This document shows, in pieces, positions 12,225-24,000 of a stretch of DNA of 64,000 nt (position 1 is its first letter; every line of letters begins with the position of its first letter). The translations under genes were made by a program, and so were the position numbers. The notes beneath the pieces are model-generated. The model was given only the letters and a program-made list of their open reading frames with translations, made no database searches and was not told where the DNA came from. Location of the stretch: positions 7,068,001-7,132,000 of the forward strand of contig OZ218950.1 of NCBI GenBank assembly GCA_965112735.1. Reading direction: 5' to 3'. The stretch comes from Phaeosaccion multiseriatum (Eukaryota; Protista; Ochrophyta, other classes).

Positions 12225-12562
12225 ACTGAAACTGGAACTGAACCTATAGAACTGGAACTGAAAACTGCATCTCAGGCAGGTGGGCGGGGACGCTATCGAT
12301 AGTTGGTCCAGGGCTTTGGTCGATATTTAATTTAAAGGCCAGTAGAACAACCAGGGCAGATACGGCGCCCTCGTTTCCTCTCTACCGCCTTGCGAGTTGT
12401 GGGACCCCTCAGTGCCTCTACTACCGGCCCGACATAGGGGCGACCGAGAAGCGAGCGGAGGAGGTGTGTCCAGCAAGAAACTGAAGTACTCCCTATATAC
12501 CCGCTCTCTTTCTCCTCCCCTCCCCCCCCCAAAGCCCCTCCTCCTCCCCCCCCCCCGCGTAG

Positions 12563-14780
12563 CTACAAGCTGACCCGGCTCATGGTCTTTCTCTTAATGC
12601 CCTTCTCTCGCACACCCGCAGGACTGCCCCCTGGGGAAGATCCTGCTGAAGCGGGGTCTGCCGCTGCCGCTGCTAACGACGCTGCCGCCCCCACCACAGC
12701 GAACCCTTTCCCATATCCATCCTCTACCAGCCCTTTTTGCTTGCCCATGCCCCCTCCACTCCCGAGGGCGCCCATCGCCTTGATGCTATCGATGTCTGCT
12801 TCGATCTCGTCCACATCTAGCTCCCTGCGGTACAGAGCAGGGCATAGAGAGAGGGTAGGCGAGGAGGAGGAGGAGGAGGGGGAGGAGGAGGAGAGGGAGG
12901 AGGAGGAGGAGGAGGAGGAGGAGAGGGAATGAGGGCCCGAACGAATGAACAGCATCCTCGTACGGTAGCAATAATAGCAAGAGTCGTGAGAGAAAGAAGC
13001 GAATCAAGGCAGAAGGGCCGCTGGTGCATACATGTGCGTATAGAATCTCTTGTGTTGTGTGTGAGAGAGAGGGACAGGGCTCGCACGCGCACATACTTGT
13101 CTATGACCGCCATAGGTAAGGGACTTGTCTTCCCCTTGGTCGGCTTGGTAGTCAGGCCTGGGATAGCGTCCGGGTACTGATAGGGATCGCCATCCTTGGC
13201 CTTACTGCGTAGACTTCGTGTCCCCACTCGGCTCTCTGTGGAGCCCAAGAAGGAAGGAAGGAAGGAAGGGAAGGAGGGAGGGACGGAGGGAGGAAGGGAG
13301 GAAGGAAGGGAGGGAGCAAGGGGGGCATGGAAGGCACCAGACGGTAAACGGTCAGTAAGCGTCCAGGGTATGGGTGAGGGGGTAGCGATCGACGACGGTC
13401 CATTGGGGCCGCGCACGTACATACGTACGTACTTACTTACTTCGACTATTCACATATACATACACATACAGCAGCACTATGTATCACGATGTTGTGTGCC
13501 GTGTCCTCACCTTCCTTGACGCCATCTCTGGCGTTTTCAAGCTTTTTCACTTCGGAGCTCATCTCCGAAATAACCTTGTCTCGGACGGCCTCCCTCGACG
13601 AGTCGAACGTTGCCCCCACCTCCTCCATCTCGTACTGGAATAGGCTCTCGATGTTTGCCAACTGTGAGTAGGCGGGAGGGAGGGGAGGGGAGGGGAGGGG
13701 AGGTCAGAGGGGAGGAGAGAGGGAGATTGAGGGGGAGAGATCGAGGGGGGAGACAGAGGGAGAGGGGGGGGGGTGAGACGGAGGCAGAAAGAGGGAGGCA
13801 GGAACTGCAAGCGTAGGAGGAGAGAGGTTGAGGGAGAGAGACCGGGAGGGTCGGAGGGCGAGAGGGAGTAAAGACGGGCCGGAATCGCTCCCTGCCATCA
13901 AATGCACGCACGCACACACCTGAAATTGCAAATGAGCCTTGGACTTTTTTAATCGCTGCTCCTTGCCTGCCAGCAGCTTGGGCACCTTGCGTCTAATTTC
14001 GGGGTGCGTGCCGTCTCTGATGCGAGCCTTCTCCTCCTGCAACAGCTTTATCCGGCGGTTGAAGGCCTCTCTCCGCGTGGCCTCGCACTGCGCGGCGCTC
14101 GAGTCGTTGCCGTCCTCGTCTCTGCCGAGCACGAGCAGCGCGGGCAGATACAGCTTGGGCTTGGGCTTGGAGGAGGAGGGCAACACGCCCACACTAGCAC
14201 CTCCTCCTACTTCTGCGGCGGCGGCTGTTACTGCTGCTGCTGCGGCTGCTGCTTCTTCCGCTGCTCCGTCTGCATCTGCCTCCTCTGCCTTAACCTGGGG
14301 CTCTCCTAGTGCTCCGCCATTCGCGGCAGTCGGGCTCTTCACTGCGCCACGTGGACTTGAGCCTGCCACTGCTTTCCTGCCACCGCCTCTAGGGGAGGCA
14401 AGTGCGGTGGCTGAACCGTCTCCTCCCTCTCCTCCCCCTCCTGCTGCTGCTGCCCCCTCTCCGGATGCTCTCGCATCTGAACGTCCTCCCTCCTCTGCTC
14501 CTTCTCCTGCCGCGGTCCCTGCAGCTGAAACAGATCCACCCGGCCCCGATATTCTTGGCACACCCTTCTCGTCGACACCAGTGTCAGCGGCAGTAGAAGC
14601 AGCTACTTGGCCACCCCCAATGACACCACCGGCGCCCGAACCCCCAGATGCATTCCCTACGATGGGTGACCCGCCGCTCAAGCTCTCTATAGCGTCGTCA
14701 TCTTCTCTGCACATCATGTCTTCATCTGCCTCGAGCTCATTCGCTGGCGAAGCTAGCGGGAAGGCTACGTTAGAGGACAT
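12563..14780 (-). CDS. Sds3/BRMS1-like Sin3-HDAC complex subunit
   Basis: Four exons (~14780-13920, 13663-13511, 13236-13096, 12828-12563). FNRRIKLLQEEKARIRDGTHPE coiled coil and the C-terminal LDVDEIEADIDSI match the Sds3 family pattern. Confidence 0.7.
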
Positions 14781-15087
14781 GATCACTCGAGCACACTTGC
14801 TGTTGCTCTTTGGTCTGGCCGTCCCTCAAAGAGAGATTTACATCACAAGCAGCCACAGCAGCACCGCCGAAGAGCAGTAGGTGAAGTCAAGACCCGAGCA
14901 CGAGCACTACGAAGTGGAGGCGATGCAAGAGAGACGAGGGAGGGAGGACGTCCAAGGGAACACCGAAGGGCACAATGCTTTCCAATTTGGTTGGGGAACC
15001 CCCGGGGTAACTCCAGTTTCAGTTCCACATTGGAGGCCGCGTCGTCGACAATTTCAAATCGAAACGAAAACTGGCCGATGATTTTTC

Positions 15088-15603
15088 TCGCCCCCGTGCA
15101 CGCCTAGCGGCCTAGGCCTACTTTGGAAAATTGCCCGGCCTAGCGAGGGCCGTAGGCCCTCGGCCTATTTATAGGCCGCCTAGGCGGCGGCCTAGGCGGG
15201 GGCCGGAGGCCCGCGGCCTAGGGCAGACGCCAACTAGGCGCAGGTCCAGGGCGGGAATATGCTCATATATTCGAAATATATCGTCAGTTTTAAGCAAATG
15301 TATTGCATGGGATAAGTGAGGAGTAGCTAGACTTGGTTCGTGTTGTCTCTTTCCGCCTCGCTGGCCCTACGAGGAGTGCAGGCCTACAGGTGTGCTGCTA
15401 CCCACTGGCTGGGCGGCACCACGCACGCGCCCACGGTCACTGGGATCGACTGGGAGGCTGCCTAGAGGCGGGTTATAGGCCGCCTAGGGCTGAAAAGTGA
15501 GCGGCCTAGAGCGGCCGGAGGCCGCCGGCCTAGGCCTATTTCGGCCGAAGGCCGAGCGGCCTAGCGGCCTAGAGCCTAGGCCGCTAGGCGTGCACGGGGG
15601 CGA
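15088..15603. mobile_element. MITE family A (516 bp, 30-bp TIRs, 6-bp TSD)
   Basis: Left TIR tcgcccccgtgcacgcctagcggcctaggc (15088-15117), with its exact reverse complement at 15574-15603. Flanked by tttttc on both sides. Many internal CCTAG/GGCCTAGG subterminal repeats. Confidence 0.9.
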
Positions 15604-15751
15604 TTTTTCATTTTTCATTTCTCCTTGTGTTGTGCAGCGTTCTACAGTTGTATGAGTTTATTTAGTCGAGTTTATGAGTTTATTTAGTTTATGAGTTTAT
15701 TTAGTGGAGTTTGCAAATCTGCTGTCGATCCTACCCCAGCCGCACACAAAG

Positions 15752-15917
15752 TCGACCCCTGACAAGGTTCTGGGTTCCAGGTTCTGGGGGAAGGCGTGTA
15801 ATAGGTTCCAGGTTCCCCGGAAAAGCCGTGTAATAAGGCAATGATGAGGTCCCCCTGAACCTGGCTACAGGTTCCAGGTTCTGGCCTGGGTCGCCTCAGA
15901 ACCTTGTCAGGGGTCGA
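15752..15917. mobile_element. MITE family B (166 bp, 21-bp TIRs, 6-bp TSD)
   Basis: TIR pair tcgacccctgacaaggttctg / cagaaccttgtcaggggtcga. Direct repeat acaaag at 15746-15751 and 15918-15923. Internal ggttccaggttc repeats. Confidence 0.9.
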
Positions 15918-15940
15918 ACAAAGGTGGCGAGCACGTGGTC

Positions 15941-16128
15941 TCAAATCACGGCTGAAGCGTCGGCTACAGCCGGTACCCTCTCTTCCTCCTGCTGCTGCTT
16001 CTCATCCGATTCTACGGGTAGGCTGGAAAGCTGTCCCGCCACTGCCGCGAGACTTGCCATGTCCCCTCCCCCCCCACCACCGAGCGCAGCCGCCGCCTTG
16101 GCCGAGGCCTTAGCACATGCCTCAGCCA

Positions 16129-16162
<34 letters not shown>

Positions 16163-19100
16163 TTGTTGTTGCTGATGATGATGGGGAGCCCCCCCCGACA
16201 CCCCCGTCGCAAAGCGGCGATGGTCGTTAACGCCAGGGTTAAGGTTGAGGTTGCGACCGGTGTCCCGCGCGTGATGGCCGTTAACACCAAGGTGCCGCAT
16301 GGTGTGCTGCAGGGGGCTATCCCCAGGGACACAGGCCTGCTGTTGGTGGAGTATCTGAGGGTGCTGCCGATGGTATCCGTTGCTCAGCGACTGCGGTGGT
16401 GGTGGTGGTGCGTGACGACCTTGGGCAGCAGCATCGTCGCAGTCGCTCTCGCCGCTCCCGCTGCTGCTGCTGGTACCCTTGCTGCCACGCATGGAGCCCC
16501 CATTAGGGATACCGTTAACGGAGCCCTCCTCAGCCTCAGGGCTCGTTGCTCTGTTGACCACAACTCCTGCTGCCGGGGCCTTCACCTCTGGTAGCCGAGA
16601 CGCTGACTTGTTCTCCCTCTCCCCACTCGCATCCTCCTTCCCCTCCCTCGCCTCCTCGTTCTCCTGCCCCCTTTCCTCCACCTGCTCCTCCTCCTCTTGC
16701 TCTCCCTTCTCCTGCTCCTTTTCACCCTCCTGCCTGCCCCCCTGTCCCCCCGCAAAGCCACCACCCCCTCCATCCAGCCCCCACAGCCTCTGTCCTTCTC
16801 CTGCTTCTCCTTCCCGGAAGCCTTGCACTGGCCCTTGCTCCAGCACATCGTTGCCATTGCCGTAGGGGGCCACATGCTGCTGCTGTACATCAGCACCAAC
16901 TTGTTCTCCTCTCCACGCCGCTATATCACCAGCTGCTGCTGCTGCCGCTGCTGCTGCCCCTGCCCTCCTTGCCTCTTCCTCGCCCATCTCGACTGCGTAC
17001 GCCCTGGCCCTCGCCGCTTGCTCTGCTAGTGCCGCCGCCGCCTTCGCTTCCTCCACTGCGGCTGCGGCTGCTGCTGCTGCTTTGGCCTCCCTCTTTGCCC
17101 TCCTCTTTTCCTCTGCCTTCGCCGCCGCTTCCGCCTTCTTCGCCGCTTCCTTCTCCCTCTTCTTCTGTGCGAGGCTCTCCAGCTTCTTCCGGCGCTTCTC
17201 CTGCTCCTCCTCCATCTTCTCCCTCATCCCCTTGAGTTGCTCTTGGTAGACAGCCACAGCTCTCTGCCTCTTCTCTTGCCTCTGCCTCACCGCATGTTCC
17301 AGCGGCCTGCCTCTCTTGAACGTCCCCTGTCGAATGCCCTGCGGCAAAGGCAGCCTCGATGCGGTAATCGCAGCGTTTTGGGCCACCTTGGCCTCCACCA
17401 CAGTCCCGCCGGCTGCAGGGGCTCTGTACCCCACCTCCTCTTCCTCCTTCTCTTCTTGCGCGACTGTTACTTGATCAATCTCAATGGGAAAGAAAACCTC
17501 TTCCTCCTCCTCTTCCTCCTCTTCCTCCTCGTCCTCCTCCTCCTCGTGCCCGTCCCCGTTTGGCCTCCTCCTCCTCACCCCCCGCGCGTGGCCCTCTCCT
17601 TCCTCGCCCTGTACCGCACCCTGTCCTCGTCCCCGCTTCCTCCTCACCCCAAGACCACATCCACTGCCATCGCCGACTGCCATCACATCTACTATCATCT
17701 CGTCCTCGTCCTCCCCATCGCCCGCATGGTAATCGTGCCTCCCAGGCACCGCCACTTCCTTGACCGGCCTCCTCACCTCCCTACCCTCGGCATCCACCGT
17801 CACCACTATGTCCAAGTCCTCCTCTCCCTCTTGATAGTACGTGTTGTTCTCCACCAACACATAGCCCGCCGGATACATGGGCCCAGAGAAGTCCGTCATA
17901 AGTCGTTCTTCGAGCACAAAGGCCCCGTCGTCGGGCGTAACCGCCACAAGGCACGGCCGACGCGAGCTGTGGGTGAGAGAGCACACACCGCCCTCCCTTA
18001 ACGGCGCTCGAATGATTTGTGCGCTGGACATCGTGCCTCTTCCGCCGCTTCCCCCGCGCTGGATGATTCCCTCCCCTGCGCCTGCCCCCCCATCCTCTCC
18101 CCGCTCTTGCTCGCCACTGCCCACGGCCTCGTCATGGTCTTGTTCTTCCTCTTCGGAGCTCCATATGTACAAGTTACAGCTCTCTGCCCGTTTACAAATG
18201 GGGCCGCAGACCATGGAGAATTTGCGGGGCCTTTTGCGGCTGCGCCTTTGCGCTTGCTGCGGTGGTGGCGACGTCGTCGTCATCTTGTCCGCCCCCTTCC
18301 CCACTTGCCCTTGCCCCTCCTTGCCATTCCCCACCTCCTCCCCATCTCCACCTCCTCCGCCCCCTCCCACCCCCCGTCCCGCCGCGGACTGCTCCTCTCC
18401 CTCTCTCTCCTCCCCCACCGCCCCTTCCTGAAGGGCAGCACTCGCCTCCTCCCTCCTCCGATCCGCCTCCTTCTCCGCCTTGCTCCTAAGGTCCGCCAAG
18501 ATGCACACGCCCCAAAACCGCCCCATGTAACTGTTGAGCCCCACCTTGGCTCCCATGTACTCCGCATCGTCTTGGTTGAGTGAGTCCGTGGGCAGCAAGC
18601 AGATGCCCTTGTGCGTTGTGAGGAGGAGCTCGCTCTCGTCGGGAGAGAGCTGCAGGTTGGGCAGAGACACGATGGTGGACAGCTCGACTCGCCGACTCAC
18701 CTTCCCCCTCGGGAATCCGCTCTTCCCCCCTCGGGAATCTGTCGACATGTCCAGCTCGAGCAGCACGTCGGGAGGCGCGAGATGGTAGCAGACATCCCCG
18801 CTTTGGCGCCAAACGCTTCGGCCTAAAATGGCCTTCACTGGCTTAGCGGGCAGTGTTGCGTCTAATTCTGTAACTGCTGCTGCTGCTGCTACTGCGTTTC
18901 CTTCTTCGATGTCTCCACTGTCGCCCCCCCCGCCGGCCCCTGCTGCTGGTTGTGGTGGCGCTGGTGGCAGTGCTACTGCTGCTCCGGCGTCTGACGCAGC
19001 AGGAGAATGCTCCCATAGGATCCGTCGCCGCAGGTTAAAGCAGCCGCAATCTTCCCATCCATCCTCCCCACTCGGAAGCCCTTCCCTCCACCCTGGGGGC

Positions 19101-20198
19101 TGCTGACTCATGAGGCCTCCTCCTCCTCCTCCGCCTCCTCCTCCCTTCTTGCCCTTGCTGCTGCCCAACCGCAGCAGCCACAGCACCCCGTCCTGACACG
19201 TCACCACCAGATTACGGTGGTCGCTAGGGCTGAGAGAGAGGTGCACAACTGGAGCAGGGAACCGCGCAAATGCTTCCACAGCACCGTCGGAGATCTGGAG
19301 GGTGGGGTCACAAAAGGGGTCACCAGGGGGTCGCGAAAGAAGGTGGAGGTGGTTGGGAGGGGAGTTGGTGGTCTCGTTTGGGCATGCCATAGGCCTTCAA
19401 ACTCACACAAACAAGACACAGGCACACAAGTAATGTACGACCAACCGGTGGTGGTGGTGGTGGTGGTGGTGGTGGTGGTGGGGTGGCCAGACGTACCTTC
19501 CAGAGTGCGACAAGCCCGCCTACCACAGCCTTCCTTTCCAGCGGCTGCTTCCTCTTCTTCTCGTTAGTGGGGTCCTCCTTCCCGCGAAAGTTGTAGGCCA
19601 CCGCCAAGCGCCGACCACAGCCAGACCACGACACCGCACAGCAAGACCACTCGCGGTACGAGGACGAGTAGCTATGCCGAGCGCACCCCGCGGAGGCGGA
19701 GGTCGGGGTGGTGGGCGGCAGGAGCTTGGACGAAGGAGACCGCAGCGCCCTCTCTGCTGTGGCGTCACCGCTACTCTTCACTGCCGCGGCGTGAGCACCC
19801 TCCCTCCCGCCTATAGGGGCCGATAGGAGCGGTGCTGGGGTGAGATTCCTCCGCCTGGCGTCACTCCCACTGCCAATGCTGCCACTACTACTATTGGTAC
19901 TATTTAGGCTGATTCCACCTGCGAAAGAGAGGCGCTCGTCTCCAGGGGCCGCCGCGGCTAAGGACGCAATGGCAGGTGGTAGAACCAACACGCGCACCAC
20001 AACCTTGACGTCGCGCATGGACCACAGCTCCACCTTGGCCACGTCACAGCAGGCTGCCAGGTAGGTGCCACTGTAGTTGAACTCGCACAGCGTGACCACA
20101 CTGCCGTCGTTCTGTGGTACACGAGAGGGTGGCCCAAGAGAAGAGGAAGGTTCAAGGACGGCGTGGTTTGGGTGCAAGGCATTCGAAAATAAGCACAT
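15941..20198 (-). CDS. RBBP5: RBBP5/Swd1-like WD40 protein (COMPASS subunit) with long low-complexity insertions and tail
   Basis: Two exons (~20198-19497, 19293-15941). N-terminal CEFNYSGTYLAACC and VSWSGCGRRLA WD repeats. Post-propeller DFSGPMYPAGYVLVENNTYYQEGEEDLD resembles the RBBP5 ENVEYxERExEFD motif. Confidence 0.65.
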
Positions 20199-20369
20199 TA
20201 TATCAAGAGGAAGGAGGAGAAGCCAGTAGGAGAAGAGAGAGAGGGGGGGGGAGTTCGTGGAGAAAAAGCGCCCTCGATTTAAGAGCGTTGCTACTTGAGG
20301 AGGGAGAAGGAAAGAGCAACGGGAGAAGGAAACTGCACACTGGGACGAAAAAGGGTCCTCACACAGTAG

Positions 20370-20416
<47 letters not shown>

Positions 20417-21005
20417 AGAGGAGCGGGCGAAACTTCAGCCAGGAGACGGCTGCCCTCCTTCCTCAAATCCCCCCCCCCCCCGAGGTCACTCTTGTCCAAC
20501 CCACAACAACAGGAACATCACCTCAATCACTCCTCATCTTCTCTATCTTCTTCACACCCATCCTTCCCCTTCACCCTTCCCCCCTTAGCCTCGTCCTCTA
20601 CCAAAGAAGCGCACGACCTCCTTGACCCACCTCTCCCTCCAGCGGCTGCCAACCATTCTCTTTGGCCAGCAGGCCCCGGTAAGTAACGGCGCTCTGCACC
20701 ACTCCAGACTTGCTGGCGAAGCAGGCTGCCTCCTCCCCAGGAACACCCTCCTTCTCCAGAAGGCTCATTCCCCCCTGCTGCTACCCGTGTCGATTCAAAG
20801 CAGGGTGTGGGGAAAGTAGAGGCATATAGATATCTATCGAAATGTTACGTAACCTTTGTAGCAGTTTGTCAGTGGGGCGTTGCTGTGAACTAGCCAGAGT
20901 GAAGCGGACGGGCCATTCCTGGTTCGTGCAACTGGGACGCTCGGGCATATTGACTGCTGGTGGCGAGGGTCGTGGCGAGAGGGCGGCAGAAGTAGCAGCA
21001 CAAGG

Positions 21006-24000
21006 ATGATTAGTGCTATTTTCCTCATCAACCAGAAGGGCGACGTCGTGATCAGCCGCTTCTACAGGTGCGAGGCATAGGCCATGGGATGGGTGCTTCC
21101 ATGCTCCTGATACTGCTGTAGACACCGATCCTTACATATCAGCCCTTACTTCTTGGTGGTGGATCTAGAAGAAGGGGGCGAGAGAAAAAGGGAGGAGGGT
21201 AGAAATCGAAGGAAGACTGCCGTGTTGGTTCTCTCCTCGCTCGCTCAGCACGCAATGTGTGCAGCAAGTGACGTGGCTATCCTCTGTAGTCGCGGTACAA
21301 CTGCTGAACATGAGCAGCTTGTATCAGTGCTTTAGACGGGGCACCGCTTGCCACGGATAAGAATTCCCTTCCCTTCAGTTGTTCTCTCTTCGCCTCATCG
21401 CTCTCCCTCGAGATGTTTTCTGACCTAAGTTAGGGGTTTCATGCTCTCCTTCCCTCAGAGTGGCCTGCTCTATTATTTTATTGTGTGCTCTTCTTCCTTG
21501 AATGAAGGAGGGGGGGGGGGTCGTCACTCGAAATCAGGTGAAAGGGAAAACGAATGCAGTTGAGAAGGCAAGAGAGAGAAGAGAGGGGACATCTCTATTC
21601 ATGAGTTTGACTCCTACAGAAGGAGGGCACTGCCCCTATTGATGCTATCCCGGAGCCGATGGCTGACCTTGACCCTGACCGTGACCCCTGGCCCTCTCCC
21701 TCCCCCCCTACTCCCTCCTTCCCTTCCTTCCCCGCGTGTTTGGGGCTTTGCCCTTCCTCAGGGATGACGTGTCCCTGTCCGCATCCACGGCCTTCTGCCT
21801 GCAGGTCATCAAGACGAAGGAGACGGGCGCCTCCCCCCCGGTGAAACGCATCGACGGCAACACCTTCATGTACACTCGCCACAGAGACATGTACTTCGTT
21901 GCCGTCACCAGGAAGAACGCCAACGCCGCCATGGTCTTCCAGGTGGGTGACAAGCTTTGCGTACCCCCCCTCCCTCGCCCAATTCAAAGCAGATGAATTC
22001 CACTCGAGGGGTCGTGCTGGGAAGCGCTTTGTCTGTCTGGACACATCAGAGCAGAGAGCCCTTGCAGTGTGTGGGACAGGGAGGGCGGACCGAGGAGAGG
22101 GAGGCGCGAGGAGGAGGAGGAGGAGGAGGAGGAGGAGGAGGAGGAGGACGAGGAGGAGGGGAGGAGGAGCAGGAGGAGGGGGAGGCGGAGGAGGAGGAGG
22201 ATGAGGAGGAGGAGGAGGAGGAGGAGGAGGAGGAGGAGGGGGAGCAGGAGCGGAGGATGAGGAGGAGGGGAGGGAGGAGGAGGAGGAGGAGGAGCAGCAG
22301 GAGGAACAGGAGCAGGAAGGGGAGGAAGAGTAGGAGCGGGAGGAGGAGGAGGCGAAAGAGGAGGAGCAGGAGGAGGAGGAGGGGGGGGGGGGGGACAGGG
22401 GCGGCGGCTAAGGAAGTGGTGGCCGTCTTCTTCTTCTGTGCGGCGTTCGGATGCCTCACCAGTAGCAAGGGCAGGGGGTGAAGAGAGAAGAGAGAAGAGA
22501 GAGAGCTTTGCCGTCTCTGGTCTGTGTGTTCCTCGGCCGACTGTTAGACTGTTAGACTGTTAGGCCCCGAGCTCACCCTTTCGATCGCTACCTCTGCCCC
22601 TCGCTAGCTGCACTACACCTGCACCTCACTAGGCTGTCCTCCCCCTCCTCCACCTCCTCCTGCTCCTCCTCCTCCTCCTCCTTCTCCTCCTTTCCCTCCT
22701 CCTCCTCCTCCTCCTGCTCCTCCTCCTCCTCCTCCTTCTCCTCCTTTTCCTCCTCCTCCTCCTCCTCCTCCTCCTCCTCCTCCTCCTCCTTCTCCTCCTT
22801 TTCCTCCTCCTCCTCCTCCTCCTTCTCCTCCTCCTCCTCCTCCTCCTCCTCCTCATCCCCCTCCCCCCCCCCCTCCTCCTCCCCCCCTACTGTACCCCAA
22901 CTTAGTTCCTCCACGAGTGCATCACCATCCTGCAGAGCTACTTTAAGAAGACGTTCGATGAGGGCACGCTCAAGAACAACATGACTCTCATTTACGAGCT
23001 TATGGACGAGACGCTCGACTGGGGCTACCCGCAGGTAAAGGCATATGGGCAGGCTGGCGCATGGACAGGCAGGCTGGAGTGAAAGGAGAGAAAGGAGGCA
23101 ACAGCAGAATTGGATGGAAGGGTGGAGCAGCTCACCTTGGCCCACTCGATTCATGCTATCCGTTGTTTGCTTCCTTTCTTCATCCGGAAATTCCCGAAAT
23201 TGGGTACCTGTACCTTTTGCCACCCCCCCTAACCTTCTCATTAGATCACGGGAGTTGAGCAACTAAGGGGCGTCATCAGTTTAGGCGACCAACGGATTGA
23301 GGTGAGACGACAGACAGACTGAATGACTGACTGACTGACTGACTGACTGACAAACTGACTGACTGTCTACACAGAGGGGGGGGTGAGGGGGTAACGGTCG
23401 GGGTGGGCTTGCGTCGACAAACACTGCCACACACCACGGAATAAGGACCGACCGAGCCGGGGATGATGATTATATGCCTGCCCACCTGTTGCCTTTCCTA
23501 TTGACGCGAGCACGAACAAATAATAATGCGCAATACCCCACAGGTCTCTGCCAACGAGACGAGCCAGCTGACCAGTCAGATCACCGGGGCAATTGACTGG
23601 AGGAGAGAGGGCATTCGCCACAGGAAGAATGAGGTGGGTGGGCGGGGTGGGACTTGCGATGCGAAAGGGTAGGAGTGTGTGTGTGGGTACGTGCATGTCT
23701 TCCTTGTAAGGGGCCCTGCCCTTTTTGAGTGGCCTTGCAATGAGCGGTACGGCCCACACCGATAAGGAACCCTGAAACTGAAACTAAACTGGACGTGCAC
23801 ACCTTCCCTGTGCCCTCTTCCCTCTGCCCTCTTGTGTAGGTGTACATTGACGTGTTGGAGTCTGTGAATCTTCTCATGTCAAGCACCGGGGTGGTGCTGC
23901 GGCAAGACGTGACGGGAAATGTGAGTGCAAGACGCCCCCATCCTAACCTCCTCCTCCTCCTCCTCCTCCTCTTCTTCCTTCTTCTTCCTTCTTCTTCTTC

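Noticed and set aside
21899-22860. Poly-R/L/E/G ORFs here and at 11677-12249, 23879-24206 and 60792-62267
   Set aside because: Stop-free trinucleotide microsatellites inside introns or in alternative frames of real genes.
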